Below are positions 28,815-35,052 of a DNA stretch of 64,000 nucleotides, piece after piece. The stretch's first letter is position 1, and each line of letters begins with the position of its first letter. A program made the position numbers and the translations under genes. Location of the stretch: NCBI GenBank assembly GCA_022509065.1, contig JAFLTY010000003.1, positions 1,900-65,899 of the forward strand. The letters run 5' to 3'. The notes below the pieces were generated by a model. It made no database searches and had not been told where the DNA came from. It saw only the letters and a list, made by a program, of their open reading frames with translations. Source of the stretch: Muribaculaceae bacterium. GTDB lineage: Bacteria > Bacteroidota > Bacteroidia > Bacteroidales > Muribaculaceae.

Positions 28815-28853
28815 AAGTGCGCCTCGAAAGTTCGAGTCTTTCGGGGCGCACTT
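28815..28853 (-). promoter_or_regulatory. Strong stem-loop (16-bp arms, one mismatch) between paralogs B and A
   Basis: AAGTGCGCCTCGAAAG pairs with CTTTCGGGGCGCACTT across a 7-nt loop. No T-run follows on the minus strand and no TAnnTTTG box was seen upstream of A. It is more likely an attenuator or processing site than a full terminator. Confidence 0.45.
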
Positions 28854-28889
28854 ATTGTGTAATATAGTCAGAATCTAACTATGGGGTCA

Positions 28890-31577
28890 TTAGCGAACAA
28901 TAAACTTCTTACCGTTGCGGATATAGAGGCCGGGAACATTGGCGTTCTTAACTTCGATACCCTGCAGGTTGAAGATGCGGTTGTCTTCTGTTTCGGGAGC
29001 TACCTTAACGTCTTCCACACCGTCAACTACGGGTTTGCCAAGGTAAGTCAGTTTGAAGTTGTCAACGACAACCCAGTCTTGTTCTGCGTCAGACTGATTT
29101 TTGTAAACACCTATTACGGCTTTTTCCTGGCCTTCTTCGACTGTGAAGGGAACTACTGTCTTGTAAAGACCGGCTTTAAAGTAGCTGGTTACTTGCATGC
29201 ATCCGTCGGGGAACTCTACTTGCTCGCCGTCCTCGGTAGTTGTCACGCGACCTTCACCGGGAGCCATATTGCTTTCGCTCAGGATGTTGGGAAGTTCAAC
29301 GTCTTCGCCATCTTCATCGCTTCCTGCCACTACATAAGCGTACTGGGCGCGGTCATTGTCCACTTGATAATCGAAGCTGCCATTACGATAGAAACCTTGT
29401 ACTGTGAGTACATAGTCGCCTTCGGGAAGGCCTTCGATGAACTGGTTTAAGGTCATATCACTCGTATTCCACGATTCGAGAACGAAGTCATAATGATTTC
29501 CACCTCTTTCCCAAACACTGGCGTTCTCGATTTCCCAAGCATCCATAGTTACGCGTTGGTTGAAGCCGGGATTGACGATAAAGAGCGATGCGTCAACAGG
29601 ATTTTCTTCGCTGGCTTCGTCAAGAAGGGCAAGACGTTCTTCGCGAGTAACGAGTTTCCACATTGCGTTTTCGTTGGCTTTGTCAAGGTTGCGCGATTCG
29701 GTGCATACGTTTGTTTCGTCGCTCTGACCGCCGTCAACGCTTCCGTAGGGATCCCACTGTATGTGTACGTCGGGATAATCGCTCTGTACGATAAAGTAAA
29801 TATTGTCACGACCTTCTACGGGGACAAACGCCCAACCGTCCTGACCTACTGTGTGGCCGGCATCCATATAGCCGCGATAGTTCAGATAATGGTTGTTTTC
29901 ACCGTTATAAAGACCTGTTTCGATAACGAACGAAGGAACTCCAGCTTTGCTGTCCTCGATTTTTTCCATGAGGGTAAGTTCGTCGCCATAGAAGCCGAGA
30001 GCTGCGTGAGCACCCCAGTCTGAACCGCCCTGGAGGAACTGTTTCTGACCTACGTTGTAAAGATAGAATTTGCCTTCGGCGGCTTCGTTGCCTTCAAATA
30101 CATCTTCGTGTTTGTCGGCGGCTGCACGACGGCGAGCGTAACGCAGCGTGCGCAGAGCGTTATTGTAATCATCGCGTGTCTTAGCGGCAGCGAACTGCTC
30201 GACAGCGGTAGCGTCACTGTAAATCTTAAGAGTTGCGTTGAAGTTATTGATAGCTTCCGAAGCGTCGCGTACAGCGGCTATAGCGCCCTGAAGAGCATCT
30301 ATGGCACTATCGAAATCTTTCACGTTTTCACCGGTGGCCAATACTGCTTCGGCTGTTTCTATTGCTTTTTCAACTTGAGGTGTCTGCAAAGCTTCACGGG
30401 CTTCTTCTATGAGCTGAGAGAGAAGAGCTTTATGCAGAGTAAGGTCTTCGGTGAAAGTGAAACCGTCGCAAGGCATTTCAACATAGAGACCGAAATCGAT
30501 GTGACCGCCGCCACTGCCTTGTTGAGCCGATACGCCAATCACGTTTTTACCTTCCACAAACAGAGCTATTTGGTCTGGGTTGAGTTCGTGAAGGGCATAA
30601 TTGGAGTCGTTCCAACCTTCGGCACTCCAAATTTCAGTTCCGTTCAGATAAACATGAGGGTATTCGTCATAGCTGCAAGTCAGATATACTTTGCCATGAT
30701 CTTTAAGAGCTTCAAGGCTTTCGTCTGTCAATGTGAAATAACGACGAACCAGTATGGGGTTAGCATCGCTGTTCCAATATGTTGTGCGGAATTCGTCATT
30801 ACTGTTGCTGTAGGGACCCGAAGCTATTGTCCAGTTCGAATCATCAGCATTGATAGCAAAGCAACCGTCGGCCACTGCACCGGCGATAGCATCGTTATTT
30901 TCAACGAGAGTATATTTGCTTACCCAGCTCTTACCTACTGAAACAGGAGCGTGGATGTATAGTTTTACGTCAGCGCCATAAAGACCGCAGTCGGCGTAAG
31001 CGCCACCCCAGTTCTGGTGTACGTGAACGGCCATAAGGTTTTCACCTACCTGCAGAGCAGCTTTTTCTTCGTCCGAAAGAAGTACAACGGCTCCTTCGTC
31101 CCATCCTTCAGTTTCGAAATGAACGAGTTTACCATTAATATACCATTCTGACGGGGCGTCGTCACGACCGCAAGCAAGATAAACGGGACCTTCAGGAATT
31201 TCATCGAGAGTGAAAGCGCGACGTATATAGATGTCACCCATAATTTCTCCGGCAATCCATTTGTCAGTGGTGAAAGGAGATTCCTTTACTTCCCAGTCGA
31301 TATCAGCGCTGTTTGTAAGAGTATATGCGTTTTCAAACCACTCGTTACCTTCAGCATCCGCTTCGGGAGTGCCCCAGATTTTGTTGTAATTAGGTTCGCT
31401 ATACCTTTCGCCGGTATTTACAATCCATACATCGGCTGTCCAGGGACTGTCCGGAGTGTGACGCGATGACGGTAGTATCACCTTGTTTGTGTTAATTGAC
31501 ACAACTGTTTCTCCGTTTGCGTAACCACTAATTATGGTAGCAACGGCAACGGAAAGGGTTAATAAAAATTTTTTCAT
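28890..31577 (-). CDS. Paralog B: two jelly-roll modules + helical linker + ~430-aa C-terminal beta-rich region + short T9SS-like tail
   Basis: The ATG at 31577 gives MKKFLLTLSVAVATIISGYA; the track start 31610 is a GTG. Blocks HVHQNWGGAYADCGLYGAD, GSGGGHIDFGLYVEMP, YLYNVGQKQFLQGGSDWGAHAALG and NAMWKLVTR are present. The tail is NRIFNLQGIEVKNANVPGLYIRNGKKFIVR. Confidence 0.7.
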   Translation of the reverse strand: MKKFLLTLSVAVATIISGYANGETVVSINTNKVILPSSRHTPDSPWTADVWIVNTGERYSEPNYNKIWGTPEADAEGNEWFENAYTLTNSADIDWEVKESPFTTDKWIAGEIMGDIYIRRAFTLDEIPEGPVYLACGRDDAPSEWYINGKLVHFETEGWDEGAVVLLSDEEKAALQVGENLMAVHVHQNWGGAYADCGLYGADVKLYIHAPVSVGKSWVSKYTLVENNDAIAGAVADGCFAINADDSNWTIASGPYSNSNDEFRTTYWNSDANPILVRRYFTLTDESLEALKDHGKVYLTCSYDEYPHVYLNGTEIWSAEGWNDSNYALHELNPDQIALFVEGKNVIGVSAQQGSGGGHIDFGLYVEMPCDGFTFTEDLTLHKALLSQLIEEAREALQTPQVEKAIETAEAVLATGENVKDFDSAIDALQGAIAAVRDASEAINNFNATLKIYSDATAVEQFAAAKTRDDYNNALRTLRYARRRAAADKHEDVFEGNEAAEGKFYLYNVGQKQFLQGGSDWGAHAALGFYGDELTLMEKIEDSKAGVPSFVIETGLYNGENNHYLNYRGYMDAGHTVGQDGWAFVPVEGRDNIYFIVQSDYPDVHIQWDPYGSVDGGQSDETNVCTESRNLDKANENAMWKLVTREERLALLDEASEENPVDASLFIVNPGFNQRVTMDAWEIENASVWERGGNHYDFVLESWNTSDMTLNQFIEGLPEGDYVLTVQGFYRNGSFDYQVDNDRAQYAYVVAGSDEDGEDVELPNILSESNMAPGEGRVTTTEDGEQVEFPDGCMQVTSYFKAGLYKTVVPFTVEEGQEKAVIGVYKNQSDAEQDWVVVDNFKLTYLGKPVVDGVEDVKVAPETEDNRIFNLQGIEVKNANVPGLYIRNGKKFIVR

Positions 31578-31636
31578 AAAATATTGATTTAAAAAGTTAA
31601 GTTGGTTCACGGTACAGATTGCTACTTTTAGCGCTA

Positions 31637-31644
31637 CAAAATTA
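31637..31644 (-). promoter_or_regulatory. -7 promoter box (TAATTTTG on minus strand) for paralog B
   Basis: The reverse complement of caaaatta matches TAnnTTTG, about 60 nt upstream of the ATG at 31577. Confidence 0.5.
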
Positions 31645-31675
31645 TGGTCAATATATCGTGTTTGTTAATAATATT

Positions 31676-31705
31676 TGTTCAATATATAGTATTTTTTAAT
31701 CATTT
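31676..31705 (-). promoter_or_regulatory. Operator candidate for paralog B (TGTTCAATA proximal, degenerate TAATCATTT distal)
   Basis: The proximal 9-mer is exactly 31 nt from the -7 box and the distal one is 21 bp further. This is the same geometry as at 19864-19893 and 34852-34881. Confidence 0.45.
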
Positions 31706-31869
31706 TTACTTGTTTGGCTGCATTGTTTAGTGTGTATGTAGCGTGGGGTCGCCCGTAAGTGTTCTTTACGACCAAAAACATGTCAAATCCCGGCTCACAT
31801 ACCGCTAATCGACAACTGCATCATGCAAAGTAAAACTTTTTTTAGAGCTGCCTCCTAAACTTCCTTAGC

Positions 31870-31894
31870 AAAAAAAGCCTCGCCGGCGCGAGCC
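31870..31894 (-). terminator. Rho-independent terminator after paralog C
   Basis: The minus strand reads GGCTCGC-GCCG-GCGAGGC followed by TTTTTTT (the plus-strand A-run at 31870-31876). Confidence 0.55.
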
Positions 31895-31929
31895 AACGAG
31901 ACTTTTTATTATTAAGAGTTGGAGTTGTC

Positions 31930-34749
31930 TTAACGGACAATGAACTTCTTACCGTTGCTGATGTAGATGCCGGGAGTGTTGGCATTTTTCACTTCCATAC
32001 CCTGGAGGTTGAAGATACGGTTGTCAGCGGGACGTGCCACGCTATCGAACATAACATCTTCGACACCTGCAAGGTAATCTTTAACAGCCTGTTTGGTTGT
32101 GTCCTTACCGTAATATTTCAGACGGAAGTTGTCGACTACAATCCAGTCACCGGGTTCGTCACCGGCTTCTTCTTTGTACACACCGACCGACATATCAACG
32201 CCATCACCTTGTTCCACTACGGTATAGGCCTTATAAAGACCGAGTTTGAAGTAATTGGTGGCCTGGTTGCAGTATTCGGGAATGTGCCAGTTCTTTGTGC
32301 CATCGGCATTGCTGTAGTCTGCACCTTCGCCGGGAGCTTTTCCGCTTTCCGAAAGGATGTTGGGAAGCTGGACGTCGTCCTCATAGTCATTGCCGGCGAA
32401 AAGCCATGCATTCTGTTTTTCGGGCAGGTTGGCCTGACCTAAGCATTCGTAACCGTCGATATTGTCATGATATTTGTGTGAACCGTTACGGTAAAAACCT
32501 GTAACACTTACTTCATAGATACCTTCGGGAAGACCTTCGACCATTGTTACGAGTTCCGAGCTTTCTTGGTTCCACGATTCAGCTGTGAAATCGGGATAGT
32601 TGCCGCCACGTCCCCAGAATGCGAAGTTAGTTACAGACCAATTGTCAATGGTTTCGCGCTGATTGAAGTTGGGGTTGACGATGTAGTACGAAAGGTCAAC
32701 GGGGTTTTCGAGCGATGCGGTGGCGATAAGAGCGTCGCGTTCGGCGCGTGTCACCAGTTTCCACATAGCGTCTTCGTTAGTGGGATCGAGATTGCGAGAC
32801 TCGGTGCAAACGTTTGTTTCGTCGTTGTTGCCACCGTCTACGCTTCCGAAGGGATTCCATTGAACGTGTACATCGGGATAGTCAGCCTGTACAATATAAT
32901 ATGTGTTAGTACGACCTTCAACGGGAAGGAATGCCCAACCACCGGCACCTGCGTCGTAACCGCTGTCCATATAACCGCGATAACCGAGGAAATGTTGTTC
33001 GGCGCCGTTATAGAGACCGGTTTCGATGACGTAAGCTTTTGTTCCGGCGTTAGTTTCGGCTATTTCGTCGATGAGGTTGATTTCGTTACCGATAATACCG
33101 AGAGCGGCGTGTGCGCCCCAGTCAGAACCGCCCTGAAGGAACTGTTTCTGACCTACGTTGTAAAGATAGTAAGCGCCTTCGGCGGGTTCAGCGCCTACAA
33201 ACACGTCTTCCTGAGTTTCGGCAACCGAACGACGGCGAGCGAAACGCAGAGTCTTGATAGCGTTTGCATAATCGTCGCGTGTTTGAGCAGCTTCGAATTT
33301 AGCTGTTGCTTCCGCATCGGTAAAGATGGACTGAGTGTCATAATAAGCCTGAATGTCGTTGCGTGCAGCACGGATAACGGCTATGGCGCTCTGTAGTTTA
33401 TCGATAGCTTCGAGAAGAGCTGTCGATGTGGGTGTGCCGGCGAGGATAGCTTCGGCATCTGCTATCTGAGTAGCAAAGTGAGGTGTCGTGGGAAGCGACT
33501 TAGCCTGGTCGATAAGTGCCTGCAGCTGTTCCTTGAGAGGTTCTGTACCGCCACTCATCTCAACATTGTCGCAATAAGATACTGAATAGAAACCGTAGTC
33601 AATGTGACCACCGCCACCACCGCGCTGTACTGATACTGCAAGAACGTTGTCACCTTCAACAAGAAGAGCGACCTGTTCGGGGGTCAGTTCGTATGTATCG
33701 TAGCGTGCATCGTTCCAACCGTCTGCGCTCCAGATAAGTTCGCCGTTGAGGTAAACTTTAGGATACTCGTCGTAGCTGCATGTCAGGAAAGCGTTGCTCA
33801 TAGCAGCGATTTCCGAAGCGGTAAGGGTGAAGTGACGACGAACGAGCAGGGCTGTACCCATATTCTCTTCACCAAGGTCAGTGTTACTGTTCCAATAGGT
33901 AACACGGAACTGGTCGTCGCTGTTACTGAACGAACCCTGACCTACTGTCCAGTCGGATTCGTCAGCGTCTTTGGCAAAAGCGCCGGCTTCGACTGCGGCA
34001 GCGATATCTTCGTTAGTGTCAATTAATTTATAAACACAGTCCCAAGCACCGTCAGCAACGGTATTGAGGTAGCTTGTCTTATAGTCGGCAGCGTACAGAC
34101 CGCAGTCGGCGAAAGCACCGCCCCAGTTCTGGTGCACATGCACGGCTAATACGTTTTCGCCCGGCTTAAGAAGAGCCTTCTGCGACTCTTCCAAAAGAAC
34201 ATATTCTCCGTTGTTCCAACCGTCGGCAACCATGTGTACAAGGACACCGTTGAGATAGTATTCAGCGGGAGCGTCATCGTGTCCGCAAGCAAGGTAAATG
34301 GGACCGTCGTGTACTGTGTTGAGAGTGAATGTGCGACGCATGTAGAAATCGCCCATGATGTCGCTGGTGATCCATTGGAATGATTTGTTGTCTTTATAAT
34401 ACTCGTCCGAGCTGAAAGGAGCGGTTTCGAGAGTCCATTCCGAACTTTCACCGTTAACAGGCGAGTAATTCACCGCATACCATGCGTTGCCGGCTGCGTC
34501 GTTGGCGGGCACGCCCCATACATGGTTGTAGTTTTCGTTTTCGTAACCTTGCGCACCTTCGTAACGTTGACCTGTGTTAACAACGTAGACAAGAGCCTGA
34601 TAGGGAAGGTTGGGTGTATACTCCGACGAAGGGAGTATAACATTGGCAGCATTCCACGTCGGTGTAACGTCACCTTCGGCATACGCTGCGACGGGAGCCA
34701 TCGCTATGGCGGCGACAGCAAACATCCCGGCTAAGTAAAATTTTTTCAT
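31930..34749 (-). CDS. Paralog C: same architecture as B (939 aa)
   Basis: Signal MKKFYLAGMFAVAAIAMAPVAAYA. Blocks HVHQNWGGAFADCGLYAAD, RGGGGGHIDYGFY, YLYNVGQKQFLQGGSDWGAHAALG and DAMWKLVTR are present. The tail is NRIFNLQGMEVKNANTPGIYISNGKKFIVR. Confidence 0.7.
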   Translation of the reverse strand: MKKFYLAGMFAVAAIAMAPVAAYAEGDVTPTWNAANVILPSSEYTPNLPYQALVYVVNTGQRYEGAQGYENENYNHVWGVPANDAAGNAWYAVNYSPVNGESSEWTLETAPFSSDEYYKDNKSFQWITSDIMGDFYMRRTFTLNTVHDGPIYLACGHDDAPAEYYLNGVLVHMVADGWNNGEYVLLEESQKALLKPGENVLAVHVHQNWGGAFADCGLYAADYKTSYLNTVADGAWDCVYKLIDTNEDIAAAVEAGAFAKDADESDWTVGQGSFSNSDDQFRVTYWNSNTDLGEENMGTALLVRRHFTLTASEIAAMSNAFLTCSYDEYPKVYLNGELIWSADGWNDARYDTYELTPEQVALLVEGDNVLAVSVQRGGGGGHIDYGFYSVSYCDNVEMSGGTEPLKEQLQALIDQAKSLPTTPHFATQIADAEAILAGTPTSTALLEAIDKLQSAIAVIRAARNDIQAYYDTQSIFTDAEATAKFEAAQTRDDYANAIKTLRFARRRSVAETQEDVFVGAEPAEGAYYLYNVGQKQFLQGGSDWGAHAALGIIGNEINLIDEIAETNAGTKAYVIETGLYNGAEQHFLGYRGYMDSGYDAGAGGWAFLPVEGRTNTYYIVQADYPDVHVQWNPFGSVDGGNNDETNVCTESRNLDPTNEDAMWKLVTRAERDALIATASLENPVDLSYYIVNPNFNQRETIDNWSVTNFAFWGRGGNYPDFTAESWNQESSELVTMVEGLPEGIYEVSVTGFYRNGSHKYHDNIDGYECLGQANLPEKQNAWLFAGNDYEDDVQLPNILSESGKAPGEGADYSNADGTKNWHIPEYCNQATNYFKLGLYKAYTVVEQGDGVDMSVGVYKEEAGDEPGDWIVVDNFRLKYYGKDTTKQAVKDYLAGVEDVMFDSVARPADNRIFNLQGMEVKNANTPGIYISNGKKFIVR

Positions 34750-34812
34750 AATTGGTAAATTTGATTAAATGGAATTTTGTTCACGGTTTAGACTTGTGCT
34801 TTTTAAGCGCTA

Positions 34813-34820
34813 CAAATTTA
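34813..34820 (-). promoter_or_regulatory. -7 promoter box (TAAATTTG on minus strand) for paralog C
   Basis: The reverse complement of caaattta matches TAnnTTTG, 63 nt upstream of the ATG at 34749. Confidence 0.5.
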
Positions 34821-34851
34821 AAGCCGCTATATTACAACCCATAAAAATCGC

Positions 34852-34881
34852 TGTTCAATTATCGTTACATTCTGTTCATTT
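34852..34881 (-). promoter_or_regulatory. Operator candidate for paralog C (TGTTCAATT, TGTTCATTT; 21-bp spacing)
   Basis: The proximal 9-mer (34852-34860) is exactly 31 nt from the -7 box. The distal one is at 34873-34881. Confidence 0.5.
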
Positions 34882-34919
34882 TATTAAAAACCGTATCAGT
34901 AGCCACGTCAAAAATCTTT

Positions 34920-34960
34920 ATTTGACCACATTTCAACGATATTTGAACAAAATTTGACCA
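34920..34960 (+). promoter_or_regulatory. Operator candidate for the 1504-aa gene (ATTTGACCA, ATTTGAACA, extra ATTTGACCA)
   Basis: The 9-mers at 34920-34928 and 34941-34949 are 21 bp apart, and the second ends exactly 31 nt before the -7 box. A third copy sits at 34952-34960. The set is the mirror image of 34852-34881. Confidence 0.5.
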
Positions 34961-34980
34961 AAATTCTTGTTTTGTTGGAT

Positions 34981-34988
34981 TAATTTTG
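34981..34988 (+). promoter_or_regulatory. -7 promoter box (TAATTTTG) for the 1504-aa gene
   Basis: TAnnTTTG match 65 nt upstream of the ATG at 35053. Confidence 0.5.
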
Positions 34989-34991
34989 CGA

Positions 34992-35037
34992 CACAAGGAA
35001 AAATAACCAAATTCCACAAGGAAAAATAACCAAATTC
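34992..35037 (+). repeat. Perfect tandem duplication, 2 x 23 bp (CACAAGGAAAAATAACCAAATTC)
   Basis: Read directly: 34992-35014 is identical to 35015-35037. It starts 3 nt after the -7 box and ends 15 nt before the ATG. Confidence 0.95.
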
Positions 35038-35052
35038 AATACCGTAATAAAA

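Noticed and set aside
30108-30941. 277-aa + strand ORF inside paralog B, with its counterpart 32566..33396 inside paralog C
   Set aside because: Both are antisense to conserved paralogous genes. Their apparent conservation is explained by conservation of the sense frames.
27503-34749. Paralog array as a DGR target, shufflon or phase-variable adhesin cassette
   Set aside because: There is no reverse transcriptase, template repeat, invertase or flanking inverted repeats. Differences between the paralogs are spread over the whole length rather than confined to a variable region.
34992-35037. Tandem 23-bp repeat as a possible CRISPR or minisatellite
   Set aside because: There are only two abutting copies with no spacers and no cas genes. 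It is reported as a simple tandem duplication instead.
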